Positions 34,901 to 48,304 of a stretch of DNA of 64,000 bases are shown in pieces; position 1 is the first letter of the stretch, and each line of letters starts with the position of its first letter. Where the stretch lies: positions 1 to 64,000 of the forward strand of contig JAHLWZ010000868.1 of the NCBI GenBank assembly GCA_020536535.1, given 5' to 3'. This DNA is from Pelomyxa schiedti. Lineage: Eukaryota > Protista > Evosea. The notes under the pieces were generated by a model. That model had not been told where the DNA came from and did no database searches. It saw only the letters and a program-made list of their open reading frames with translations. The translations under genes were made by a program, and so were the position numbers.

Positions 34901-36018
34901 ATGTCTGCGGATCTAGAACAACAACAGAGGCTAGCTCTCGAATCTGAGGGATTGTACGGCTCCGTTTTTTTTTCTTTCCCTGTAATGCTAGTACTGTGAG
35001 TTTTTTTTTTGACAAGGTCGTACAGCGACATGGAAATGAAAATATTACTAGTTGGTGATGCTGGAGTTGGGAAAACATCACTACTAACACGTTTTGTGGT
35101 TTGTTTGTGTGTGTTCCCTCAGAAACCTGTAACCACCTTTCAGAGTGATGCATTCTATGATGACACTCTTGGAGATGAATTTAGCTTCGACTTTGTATTT
35201 CCCACCATCTCCAGAATGTATCTTAGTGTTGACATACTCCCTTTAGAAAGTGAAGCCAATTGACTACAAGGGCAAAAAAATAAAGTTGTACATTGTAAGT
35301 TCCCCCTTTTGTACTTTTTTTTTCGTGGCATTCCATTAAATATAAAACAGTGGGACACTGCAGGACAAGAAAGGTAGTTCCAAACGAGTGGGGGTGTGCT
35401 CACCACGTGCTAACTTTTTTTTTTTTTTTTTTTTTTTGGTTCTTCTTCCCTTCATAGATTTAGGACAATTACTAGTTCATGTACTCCTCTTTGACAAAAA
35501 CTGTTTTTTCACCCTCATGTTGCCCTCAGATTACCGTGGAGTACATGGTGTTTTTATAGTATATGCTGTAGATGACGCTGTAAGTAAAACAGGAAGTTTA
35601 TCTTTCTTTTTAATTTCCCTTTCAGCCATCATTCAACAATTTAAAACAATGGATACAAGAAGTCCACCGATATGCACAAAACCCCACTCTGCAGCGTGTT
35701 ATGGTTGGGAATAAAAGTGATATGGACAAGAAAATAGATGAAGAGCGAGGAAAGGTATCTCCCAGTGGAAAAAACCTTGTTTAACCATTTGTAGGCCTTT
35801 GCACAGGCCAATTCAATACCTTTCTATCAGACAAGCGCAAAAACAAACTCTCAAGTCACCGAGGTAACAACACAAAGGATTTTGGTTTCTACTAATTCCC
35901 TTAGGCATTTATGTCCCTTGTTGGGGCGATTGTCAGTGCCGGTGGCAGTGGCTCTGACACAGCTGCGGACTCAGGCCCAAAGATTGATGATGACAAACCC
36001 TGTTGTCTTCTCTCATGA
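34901..36018 (+). CDS. Rab-family GTPase (Rab1-like, divergent), 9 introns
   Basis: KILLVGDAGVGKTS, WDTAGQERFRTITSSYYRG, VGNKSD, TSAK and C-terminal CCLLS prenylation motif. Confidence 0.95.
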
Positions 36019-36206
36019 GTGACATACCTTTGTGTAGCTAAGCCTCATGCACCCTTGTTTTCCACTGTAAATTTGGGGTTAGAGCAAACTACTATTTATT
36101 TACTCATACATTGCAGTCGACCATGAGCCTCAGGGCCTGTGTACAATCGATCAAAAAAAAAACTTTTGTTTTTACTGTAACTTCATTTCGGATCTATTAG
36201 CCCCCA

Positions 36207-37690
36207 ATGTCGGCCCCCGCCCTCGACGCACACGTTCCCCAGGTCATAGCCGTAGAAGCCTTCCCACAATTTTCTCCCGCGGTGGACGGCCAACCAACAC
36301 ACACCGCCGAAACTGCGAGAACCACCAGCTCCACTTCGACAAGCAGCCGAACCGAACAAGCTATTTTGAACGCAAATCGCAAGACCGACGAGTACGCCGA
36401 GGAAAGCGAGAGCGAGGACGAGAGCAGAAGCGGGAGCGATAGCGATTACGAGGATGATGACGGGGAGGAACTAGGCCCTGCGGAATCAGCGGATGTGACT
36501 TGTGGGTCCCTTCCTGAGAAGAGGAAAGCCAGTCCGACCCACAATGAGGAAAGCGACGACAGCGACGCAGCCGACGAACGGGACAGCTGCTCTGCCACCA
36601 CACAAGTGACTGGGAGTTGGCACGCGTGCCCCAATTGTGGGAAGATGTTTAACAACACAGAGCACCTGGCGAGGCACATTCTGACTCACACTGGAGAGAA
36701 GCCACACGTTTGCACGGAACCGGGCTGTAAAAAGTCATACCGAACAATAACGCAGCTCAAGAGGCACGTTTTGGGCGCCCACACGAATCCCGAGGACAGA
36801 CCCTTCAAGTGCGACGAGCCGGACTGCAAGAAGGCATTTTCTACGAAGCAACATCTTCTCAGGTCTGTGGGATGGTTGCCTCTGAGATATTCTCACTTCG
36901 GTAAAAAGGCACAAGAAAACACACATGGGCAAAGTTTACACATGCGAAGCCAAGGGATGCACAGAAGCTTTCTCCAAGAAAACTCAGCTTCGCGCGCACA
37001 TGTCCTCGGCACACACCCACCAGGAAAAGAAACCATACAGTTGTCCTACATGCGGCCTTGCATTTCCTTATCCAAATCGCCTCAAAGAGTATGTTCTCCG
37101 TTAGCTTAAATTATACAACTCGGCTTAACATCCCTTCCAGTCATCTCAAGAGCTCCAAGCACCAGGTTATCCTATGTGGCTACCCAGGTTGCACAGAGCA
37201 ATTCTCTACCAAGGGTGCAATGTCAGAGCACCTCCGCACTGCACATTCCAAACCAAAGCGAGAATGCCCCAAGTGCGGAACGTTCGTGGTTGATTTGTAC
37301 TGCCACATGAAGACCCACAATCCTAACCGGAAGATGTTCCCCTGTGCGGACTGTCCTGTCTCCTTCACCAGCCCTGTGAATTTGAAGCGCCACAGGCGAT
37401 CAGTCCACAAAGACCCCGCCGCAGGGCCGGCAAAGCCCTTCGTCTGCACAGTCGAAGGCTGTGGGGCTGCTTACTGCTCCAATCAAGCACTGAAGAACCA
37501 CGGCAAGAGAAACCACTCACCCCCAACAACTACAACTTCCACCACTACAACAACGAGCACACCCAATCAGGGGCCACCAAGGAAACGGTCCAGAGCTGTG
37601 CATGACAGTCTTGTGCAGTCCATCATTGGCACTCTCCCACTCACAGAGAGCCAGACAAACCAAAATGAAGTTACCAACCCTTATGAATAG
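36207..37690 (+). CDS. GTF3A: Nine-finger C2H2 zinc-finger protein, TFIIIA-like
   Basis: After splicing two introns I count nine C2H2 fingers, several of the C-x4-C type with TGEKP/ERPF-like linkers. Confidence 0.72.
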
Positions 37691-37773
37691 ACATAATCTT
37701 CTATGGGAAAAAAAAAGTTGTTGGTTGCAAACAAGAATGAAACTTTGAAGTGGGGAATTTTTCTACACTAAAA

Positions 37774-39094
37774 CTACAATTTGGTTTGGGGTTCTTCAGT
37801 ATCCTGCTGTAAAATAGCGTACCCAGTCAAAGTGGCAGGTGCAGCCCCAAAAAGTGACTTTGCTCGTGCTTCAAAAGACTGTGCTCCCGTCCTCACATTC
37901 TTTCTGTTGATTGGTTTGTCTAGGCACAATAAAGATCGGGTGTCAAACCTGAAGGCGATCAAGTACGCAATACTAAGGGCGAGAGGGGTGGTAGTAACAA
38001 GAATGCCATCCAAACTTGCCGTAACAACAGTACCTGGAAAAAAATAACTAAAGGGAGAAATGAAGAGTCGGGGTACCGGAAAGAGCTTGGACGATACCCA
38101 AAATCAACTGCAGTGTCATAACTGCCGCTACAATAATTGGGTAGGCTACCAGAGAGCCGAACAGATCCTTTCTTGCCGAAGCGTTTTGCACAGAGTTTTC
38201 CATTTGATATGTTTTCCTGGCTCGTTCTGATTTCATATGAAAAACATGGTACGTCGTAAAGCAGAGCAGAATGACACTTATACAAACAGGAAGGGTCACG
38301 CAAACCATCTCAAACCTTGAGAAACGGGAACACCTAGTAATATTGGTTTAGTAACCATCGTTATGTATCAGTTGCGTGCCATATCCAATTCTCCAAATCA
38401 GCATAATATTTCCCAACAGCAATTATTACTGCAATTGGGAGGGGCACCACGGTGCATATTATAAGGAAGGTGACCTCGTTGAAAAATCTCCTTTGTCCCC
38501 ACTCCCACTTCAATACAATAGCAAGAAACAGGAACAAACACAAAGCCAGGAGCCACCAGCTAAAAGTATTTTTGTTAGTTCTTTTCCTTGTATTTTTTGA
38601 CTCCAAAAAAAAAAAGAGGGTAACCTGCTGCTCAATATCGACCAGAATTGTGTAATCTCTGTAACAGAGTTCAGAGAAGAGGAGTAAGTTCAGTACTGGA
38701 TAGACCTATTATTGATGAGCAGAATATTTACCAGTAGACCAGCATAATCCGCTCTTCATCTCATCATTCGTCTTCATTACGTGGATGCCTTCAGCAGCCC
38801 AAGCCATTAGGCTGAACGCACGCACTACAGCTGCCCCCCCGAGATACAGAGGCGCTCTGACAACAAACCTCTTCAGCACCACTAGCAAGTAAACAGACAT
38901 GAAGATGATAACTAGCATAATATGTTGTCAGATTTGCAGCACGCAGCAGTTGATGTCGCGTGTAGGAGGACCACCGCCCAAGATGAATTGATTGAAGTAC
39001 TTGTGAATACATTCAATGACCCAAACGCCACATCTACGATGTAATCCGCGTAAAACGAGGCCGGTGGCGCTTCATAAGAACTACTTGTGTTCAT
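37774..39094 (-). CDS. Multi-pass (probably 7TM) GPCR-like membrane protein
   Basis: Short N-terminus with an NTS sequon, successive hydrophobic helices, a Cys at the start of TM3 and a LVAYPII TM6-like segment. Confidence 0.6.
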
Positions 39095-39293
39095 TTTATA
39101 TTAAAAGTATGTTTGTGTTTTTTGTACTTCTTGCTTCAGAGTTACCCGCAAGAGATAACAACGAAGGGAATGTGGGAGCAGGGAAGTGGTGTTGCAGTTT
39201 TTGGCATTAGTTCCCTCCAGCAAAAGTCGAAGTGAGATTTCCGGAACGAACAAAATTGCACCAAAACAAATAAAAAAAAACGGTTGGCAACTC

Positions 39294-40471
39294 ATGAGCA
39301 GCACGAGTATACAGTCGAGTCGGTTGGGCGGTTATTGCTCTGCATCTAACACAACGACTTACACGTCGCGTTTTTCTGGCACTTCATCTTCTTCGCCGAC
39401 GTCTTCGAGCATTGGATCTTCGCCGTCTTTCAACTCTACTTCGCCGGGCCGCGACGCTGGTGTGCACGGCACGATGAATGATTTAGTCTAACATGGACTC
39501 GGTAGAGAAGGCAGATATGTCCCTGCGTTCTGTCACAGAGGAGCGAGATAACTTGAAAAGGAGAGTGCAAGAACTTAGTGAAATGCTAGACAAGAAGAAC
39601 TCCAGGTTTATGGATTTCTTCATTTACAGGGATTGCAGGATTCATTTGCGCAATAAGGATAAATGAACTTGAACAAACCATATTTTCAGCAAAACTGGCT
39701 GAAGAAGAGAACACCAAGAGAATTGTCGAACGCCATCGGCAGGTTTCCCCTCTTGCACGGCGGAAATTATCTAAACTCCATTTGTCAAGGATATTGCCTC
39801 TTTTCAACGTTCTAAGGAAGATGAAATATCAGAAATGAAACGCCATTTCCAACGCCAGGAAGAAGAAGAAAAACGTATTTCTGAGAGAATGAGAGTAAGA
39901 GGAACAGACGCAAAGTGGGTTTTGTTTTGATTGGTTCTACAGGTAGAGGCGGCAAGCAACACCAAATTTGTAGAAGAAAGACTGAACCGGGAGATTTCAA
40001 TTGTTAGGGGTGAGCTTGTCAAGTGTCAAAATGACTTGGCCAATGCCAACAAGAAAATCCTTTCTCTGGAAGAGTCCATTAGACTCCTTGGGGTTAAGCA
40101 TGAAGATGAAATGCGCGTTCTAACAAGGCACAATGAACAGGTACAATTTGTTCCGTTTGCACTCTTCCCTGCACTCACTCTTCGCACAGCGAGACCGAGA
40201 GAAGACTCATGAACTGTCAAACCTGCAAGCGGCTATAATGAAAGCAACTGCGGATCTTAACGCCGCCGAGAGGGCAAGAGAGAAGGCTATTGACGAACTT
40301 CTGGTAGACCTTTTCCCACACTTCCTTTCTTACTCCCAACAGAACCTTCAACACGCCCATGAGTCACTCACAGGAGAGGTTAGTGTTTAAGCTTGTCATG
40401 CTCCTCACTAACACAAAAACAAAAAGCGCAACGATCTTCTTGCTCGTCTGCGCCAGATAGGGCAATCCTAG
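39294..40471 (+). CDS. Coiled-coil protein of unknown function
   Basis: Ser-rich N-terminus spliced to heptad-rich exons (EERDNLKRRVQELSEML, LVKCQNDLANANKKILSLEE). Confidence 0.65.
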
Positions 40472-40785
40472 GAGTTTTTTTTTGTATTCTAAACACCAAT
40501 TATTCTTACCTGCCACAACACCGCAATGTTGTCGTTTTTTAGAGGAGCGAAGGGAAAAAAAACCCTCCTTTCGAGGGGCTTTTTCCCTCTTTTTCAAATC
40601 TCGTTACTGTAAGCTAAAAATACTAACAATTGCGTTTGCGTCACCCGAGTTCTCAGTTGCTGATAATCTGGGAGAATATTTTTTAAATCAAAAATCAAAC
40701 AGGGGGTCGCTGCGCGTGTACCGGTGCCTTTATCGCAATCAGCAGAGTCGCTGAACGACAGCACATTTTTTTACCACCCACAACC

Positions 40786-41610
40786 ATGACGAAGAAACGC
40801 AGGAACAACGGCCGAAGCCTCATGAACCGCGGCCACCAGAACATTTGCCGATGCTCAAACTGTGGTCGTTGTGTTGGCAGGGTTCGTTTTTCCTTTCGTT
40901 TTGTGCTTCGCGATAGTTTTTTTTTTGTTTGCGTAGAAGCGCGTTTCCGTTTTTTTTTTTTTTTTCGTTTGGGGCTTTTTTTCCTGTTCGGTTTTGTAAG
41001 TGCTTGGACACTCATTTTGCTTGTTGTTGCGTGTAGGACAAAGCCATTAAGAGGTTTATTGTCCGCAACATTGTGGAGACCGCGGCTATAAAGGATATTG
41101 TTGATTCCAGCGCACTCACCGGTATATTTTTTTACAACGAGTTTTGGGGAACTTATTTGTTGAAGAATACGTACTGCCAAAGATGTACATCAAGATGCAA
41201 TATTGCGTCTCTTGCGCCATTCACTCACACATTGTGCGTGTACGATCCTCCAGCGCCCGCAGAAACAGGTATTTTCCCGGCACTCGTATCTCATTTTTTG
41301 TTACCAATTCACAACAAAACAACTAAAACACCTTGGCAAAACCGCCTTCTTATGCCGGCAACACGTCCCCTAACCCCTTTTCAGGACGCCACCCAAACCC
41401 AAAGTCAGGAAAGAGTCTCGCCCCCGCCCAACCAAGCCACGCGTTCCCGGTGCTGCCCCTGGTGCACCCGGCGCTGCCAACTTTGGCAACAAGCAGCCAG
41501 CGGCCCCAATGATGCCGCTTCTCCCCGGACTCATGCAGCCAATGCAGTCCATCATGACCCCACTTCAGACCATGCAACCAATGCAGCCATTCGTCGCTCA
41601 GAAGTCATAA
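40786..41610 (+). CDS. RPS26: 40S ribosomal protein eS26 with long C-terminal extension
   Basis: [61 protein letters not shown]. 3 introns. Confidence 0.97.
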
Positions 41611-41803
41611 CCCCTCTTTCCCTTAGAGAAGAAACAAATAAAAATAACAACATACCAAACGTGTGGCGATTTTCTCTGTTCTTTTTATTACTCCCCTTGT
41701 GATCTTATTTCGTGCTGTCAGTTTTTCCTTCGACGGTCACATCAAGATCAAACTAAAAAAAAAGAAAGGAAAAACAGGGAAAAAAAAAGGTGAAGCGGCG
41801 AAG

Positions 41804-44800
41804 ATGTTTGGCAAAGGGAACACGATCAAGCAGCGGTACCACGTGACGTTCGTGAGCGCCTCGAACGTCGTGCCCAACTCGTCGGATGAGCTGTTTCTGG
41901 TGGCGTGGAAGCGAGGGGCCAAGAAAGAGAACAAGGGGCACACTGCGGCCGCGGCGTCGAAGGGCGGCGTGGTGGAGTGGAACGAGACCATCACCATGAT
42001 GTGCACCTTGGTGAAGCAGGGCGTCATGTACGACGCTAAAAACATCTCGTTCACTATTAAGGAGGTGTGTAGCTGTTTACTTTTTTTTTTTTTTTTTTTT
42101 GTAAAAAAACTCTGTGGAAGCTCGTGGGTGTACGAGGAGTAACTAATTTTGGGAAAAAAAAAAGGAAAAGGGTAAGAAGAGAAGGACATTAGGGAAGACC
42201 ACTTTGGACCTGTCTGAATATGCTGACCTCGCTGGATCTTCCGTTGTAAAGACACTTGCGATTCGCAGGAAAGGGACAAAGAGTTCTATGACACTCACTG
42301 TGAGACACAGAACCAACTCTTATAATTCCTCTCACTGTTTTCGTATCCCTCATCTAGGTTCGATTTTCTTCAGAAAATATGGGACAAGCAACGTACGACA
42401 AGAACTTCTTAAGAAACTAATTGTAATTTCAAAATAGAGGTGACGAACCCACGGAAATTTTACAAGACGACCATGAGAGTGATGATGAAGAAATCGATTT
42501 TGCACATTACGAGGACACCCACGATGCCAAAACCAATGCCGATGTACCGCCATCTGCATCCACACCCCCAACAGTTGATTCACATACAACAACTACAACT
42601 ACAACAACGAGTAGTACTTCAACGCCTTCTCATGGGAGGGCTGGGACGATATTTACCCCTGTTGTAGTTGGTAGGCAAACACCCCAACTTCTTACTTCAT
42701 TCATATAATTTCTTAAAGCTAGCGATGCACCAAGTTCTCCAAAAGACCACAGTAGAAAGCATCACAGTAAGGAGAAAAAGTAATTATTAAATTCAATTTT
42801 CCTCCACTTACTTCCGCAGTACACCAGAGCAACCTGATGTTGTTGTCAAAGAAAGAGACAAAGCTGTACAAAGCCTTCTAGCACTCAGACACATTCAAGG
42901 TAAAGGTGAGTGTAGTCTAACAGTCTTCTTACTGTGAGTCTAAAGAGAGCGCTAATGCAAAACGACCTGATGAGGCACAACTAGCTTGTATTAAAATGAA
43001 AGATGAGCTTGATCGCATATTCAAAGAGGGATTCATGAAAAAAAGGAAACCTGGGGTGCCCTTTCCATCCTTAATTCTTACAATGATTTGTAAACGAATT
43101 TATAAGCTCATTTTAAAGTGAAAAAATCAAACAAAAGGAAATTGTTGCTGCTCCACCAGAACCGGTGTCTGAAGAATCTGGAAGCCTGGATATCAAAATG
43201 AAAGCTGAAGTGAGCAGGCTTACACTAGAACTTCAAGTTGTATCCAATGAAGCTATGGTTCTCCGGCAACAATTGGCAAAACTCAAACGCGAGCAACTTG
43301 TTTCTGGTACTGCTGAGGCATCAACAATTGCCACCGTATCAGATACAGAGCAAGAGCATCTTCGAACAGAAAATGCTCAATTGAAGACACAGCTGGCACG
43401 GATGAAAGAATTAGATGAAAAAGTTGCAGAAGATGACGAAATCATCCAAATCCTACATCAAGAGAGAAATGAACTTAGGCAAAAACTCAAAGCGGCAGCA
43501 TCAGTTGGGACACAGGATTCAAGTCAATCTGGGGCCAAACTGCGTGAAGTAGTAAGACTTGCAGAGCAGGGAGAAGAGGATGCAAAAAACGAATCGGCAA
43601 CTTTACGAAAAAATTTGCAACAAGCACAGCATGATGCAATGGAAAAAGAAGTATCACATAACCAAAAAATGGCGGCACAATTGGCTGTTGAAGCCGATCT
43701 CCGCAAGCAACTGGCCCTTCTAAAGGGAGAAGGGTATTTTCCACATAAGAGTGCCAAATCTGCCAAAGTTGTCTTCTTTCCATTTGTACAACTCTCTTAC
43801 CCATATTCCGTAGGCGGATTCAGATGATGATGAAGATGGTTCAATTGCAGTAACGTTCGTGTCACTTAAACTTCGCTTATTACTTACAGTTACAACATCG
43901 AGTGGACTCTTTATCTCACGAGTTGGACATATGCGATCTGGTTATCAAAGTATTTTATCAAGTTGATACACCCCAAGTCGGAGGGGCAAACAAGCCAAGA
44001 GCGTGTACGGCTTTACTGAACCATATGTGTGATTGGGATTGCTTCGAAACTCCCGATGAGTAAGCTTACTCTTTATTTCTTTCTTGTAAACAAATGTTAA
44101 GGGCACTTTTCAATTCTGTCGTCACTGCCTTGCGGTCAGTTTCTCTTGTAAGTAGTCCTCCTTATTCTCTGAAAAGAGCAATTTTTTTTCCCCTTTTCTG
44201 CCCCTCTTCAGGTGCATACGGGTAACTACCAAATGATGTGTTACTGGCTTTCTACCTCGTGGAATGTTGTGCAAGGTGTTCATCAACATTTGTCGGATAT
44301 GCCAAATTTTTCACAGTTATTCTGGCATTGTAATTGAACTTTTCTAATTTGCATCAGACTCACTGAAACAGAGCGCACATACATAGTCAAGGTTTCAGGT
44401 GGAGAGCCTGAAGATGCTCTCCAAAGATTCATATTCCACTTGCGTCAAGTAATGTTTGACCAATACATGTCCCTTATAAAGACTGTTCAGATGGTAGATA
44501 ACATGAGGGTATATTAAAACTCATTTTTTTACCGTAGGCACTGCAACCCATTCTGGTATCCGCCATTTTACAGCAGGGAACAGCAATTTTACATAAAAAC
44601 CCCGTACTGACAGCGTATCAAATATTTCTACCCATCCGTCAGTACTCAATACACACAGGGATCTAACACCACCGCATCGGAGAAAAGCTTTACGTGCAAT
44701 TGAAGGCGTTTTATGTATTTTAGTGGATTTAGAGAAGGGGGCAAGCAATACACATCTTCCCGCTTCCCTATGCTTCCAGATTTTCTCACAGATAGTCCAT

Positions 44801-45329
44801 TGGATTAATGCGACAATCTTCAACCAACTGCTGTCCAAGCCGGAACTTTGTGCGTACAAAAACCTGTGATTTGGGTCTCTTAGCAAATAACAGGTACATG
44901 TAGCAATGGCTTCCAGATAAGATTGGCTTTATCGGAGTTGGAGGAATTTTTCAAAAGATACTCCACTATTTCCAGAGCTGCGTATGTAGTATGACACACT
45001 GCAGGTGTCTAATCCACTCACAGAGCATTCCTTGAGCATGTGCGCCAGGCTGCCACCCTTCTTGTTCTAGACAAGAGCATACTCCTCGATCCCAAACACA
45101 GCGCTACTGTCTTTGGAGTGCTGAATTCAGCCCAGATATTCCGACTCGTGCAGTTCTTCAAACCGGATAGGTAAACCTGACTTCCGTCATTCAAACACTA
45201 ACCCTTGGCAGCCTCTCACCCAGCCCAGTACCGGAAGCGGTTTTGGACAGAGTTGGCAAAACAGATTCAGCGGCCATGAAATTTGAACTCGACCCCAACG
45301 AGTTCATTATACCTAGAATGGACTCCTAG
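41804..45329 (+). CDS. NT-C2 (EEIG1/EHBP1-type) + coiled-coil + Dilute (DIL) domain protein
   Basis: VAWKRGAKK..G.T...VEWNETI, LGKTTLDLSEYA, central coiled coil, QIFSQIVHWINATIFNQLL..ELCTCSNGFQIRLALSELE, LNSAQI. Confidence 0.85.
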
Positions 45330-45449
45330 TCTACTCTACCGCACCTATATTAATAAATCAAAAACTTTGTTTTGAAAATTCCCCCTTTTCTTTCTATCTG
45401 TCTACTGCGCTATCGCTATCGGGCAAAGCAGAAAAAAAAACCAAAGGAG

Positions 45450-46052
45450 ATGAGCGTGGGTGTACCGGTGAAGGTGCTGCACGAAGCAGAGGGTCTCATT
45501 GTGACGGTGGAGTTGAGAACCGGGGAGATGTACAGGGGCAAGTTGGTTGACAGCGAAGACAATATGTGTGATTCACGTTGCGTTTTTTTTTCCCCCCTAT
45601 TTTCCCTTTTTTTTTCTTCTTTTTTTTGCTGTTTAGCGGGTTTGCTAAGTTAATACAGGAACTGCCACATGCAGGTTGAGAACCGTTTCTTTTTATATAT
45701 TTCCTTACTGTGAGGAAAATAACGACAACCAGTCTCATCCACCTCACAGGATGTCACTTATACAGCACGTGATGGGCGGGTCTCCCACTTAGATGCAATT
45801 TTCATCCGAGGCAGCAAAATCCGATTCCTTCTTCTACCCGACATGCTTAAAAATGCACCAATGTTCAAGCGTGCAGACCCCAAGACAAGCAGTGCTCGTG
45901 GCAAAGGATTAGGCCTAGGAAGGGCCCGTGGTGGCATGCGAGGAAGAGGAAGAGGTTAGTGTATCTTCCCTGTTTTTCTCATATTTAAATTGTCACTTTT
46001 AGGGAGAAGGGGTTCTACAACTCCCGGCACGGAGCCGCGTGGAAAGCCGTAA
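45450..46052 (+). CDS. SNRPD3: Small nuclear ribonucleoprotein Sm D3
   Basis: [36 protein letters not shown]|NCHMQ|[28 protein letters not shown]-rich tail. Confidence 0.97.
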
Positions 46053-46464
46053 TTGTGATCTATCTCCCTGTTGTTCTATTGCATTCACCTCCATCACTAC
46101 AGCCAAAGAACAAAACAAAATTTAAATAAAAAAAGAATGGATCTTTTATCTTTTATCACATAAAACAAGCAGCACAGCAGATCATGTAACATCGGTTCCC
46201 AATCGATAACAAAGATCAGGTTGTGTCGAATGATCACAGCCGATGTTCAAATCCGGAACACGAAAACGAAATTTCAAACGAAGTAAGAAAAAGCCGTTCT
46301 TGCAAAAACCCAGAAAAAAAAGAAAATCTTTTCTTTCTTCTTCGTCACGAAGAACGACCTGTGTTCATTCAACACATACTGGCGGTTGTTACTCTGTGCA
46401 ATCCAACAACACCCTACCTCTGTCTCAAGAGCTTCGGGAATATATAAATAAAAACGCGACATAA

Positions 46465-48179
46465 ATGCGCGCTGCAGGTGAGCAAAGTTCTTTATGTGTG
46501 GCGTTGGCGTCTTCCCCTTTGACCTTTTAACGAGTTGTGTGATACAGCACCGTATGTTATGCCAAGACCCGACCCTTCTGGTTTCGAACCCTCTACGTTT
46601 CCTGCTGTTGCCTCGACTCCTGGCTGCCCGTCAACACCAACAAAACGGTCTTCTTCAATCCGTGACTCTTTCAAAACCCCGAAACGGAAACTTGGAAAGC
46701 ATCACAAGGCGCGCTCCCCGTCGACATCGCCAACATCACCAACATCTTCTTTGCCAGAGTGTGGCCATTCCACGCCTCATAAAGTGGCACACGTAAGCCG
46801 TGCCCAAGACTGCATACCAACCTCTAACAATGCGGCACTACCACCTGTGCAAGTGCCAGCACAAACACAATATGGTTTCATCTCGCCCTCAAGTGGAGGG
46901 GATAGTACCGCCTCCACTGACCCCTTCCAATTTCTGGCTCAGTCAAACCCTATCACACCTCCATCGGTGTCAACAAACTCATCTCTTATGCGCCTTCGCG
47001 CTAGGGCCATCCAACCAACAGCCTTGTATACCAATGGAAGTGGGGAGAGAAAGGGAATAGCTTTGACATCTTCACTGCGAGACTTGACTGAGCGGCACTC
47101 TATTATGGTGTTAGGCGATCATGTCCTCAAAATTACCAATAAGCCGTATGTTAGCACTGGGTTTTTAAATATAACTTTAACGCGAAACTAGACAATGGAA
47201 TAATAAATTAATCGCTGAGGCTCGTATGATGCTCCTGCTTATTGGACAGCCACACTGTGTACATATTTTTGATGTGTGGAAAGAAGGAAATTTGGCTTGC
47301 CTTGCGGTGAATTTCAACGTTTCCTTCCTCTTCATTGACTACGGATAGATGGAAGCTGGTGGTAGAAGTCTTCATCAAATTATTCACGACAGGTCAAGTG
47401 CAATTTTGGATGACGAATTCTGGAACTACGCCATTGATATTGCACTGGTATTTACACATAACCTTAGAGAAATTGTAATTTTCCTTTCAGGGGTTAAGAG
47501 AAATGCTTGATAAATACATTGCACATATGGATGTCAAGCCTCGCAATCTTGTCGAATGCAAGGAGGGTTGTCTGATTTTCATTGACTTTGGTCAATCACT
47601 CATAAGTATTTCTTCTCCAATACTCTATCACTGGAAGACTAAATTTTGTTGGTAGTGCCCTGTTTCATCCCTGATGACGTTGACGCCCTTGGAGATGGTG
47701 CCTACTTGACCCCCGAGTTTAATACAAAACATGTAACACCAGCTTGGGATGCATTTTCTTATGGGTAATGACAACCCCAAACCGCTTACAGTCCTAACAT
47801 GCATCCAGTATAACGTGCTTGGAGATGATCTCCCGTGCAGATATGAGAACTAGAGGTCTCAGAGACTTCCTATTGAGTTGCACTTCACCAGAAGTGTTCT
47901 TCTCCAAGGCATGTTTGACTTCACCGTGATTATTCTACTGACCCTTTCTCTACTTAGTTTCCTGAAGCCCAAAACCGATCGCCGGAGATTCTTCACTTTG
48001 TCTGGAGGTTGATAAGGCCAAACCCACAGGAACGAATGACTGTGATACAAGTCTTGGCAGACCCAAGTCTACAGGCCAGGATCCAAGCCAGGTGTGACCT
48101 TGCAGCCCAAAGGAGACAAGTACCCATTGACATCGAGGCCCTGAGCAATCACATTACCGAGTGCGTTGAACACTGCTAA
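46465..48179 (+). CDS. Divergent Wee1/Myt1-like protein kinase
   Basis: S/TP-rich N-terminus. IGQPHCVHIFDVWKEG, IAHMDVKPRN, IDFG, GDGAYLTPE, DAFSYG, PNPQER. Confidence 0.75.
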
Positions 48180-48304
48180 TTGGCACCAAGTGTTGCACAA
48201 AGTGATGTTGGTGAAGGGGGAAAAAACACCAGGGTGATTTGCACTCTTCAACTGCCAAAAAAAATAAGTTATGTTCATATTAATAATGGTTCATAGTTCC
48301 GGCC

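Noticed and set aside
41269-41384. snoRNA in a ribosomal-protein intron
   Set aside because: No C/D boxes or convincing H/ACA double hairpin are visible.
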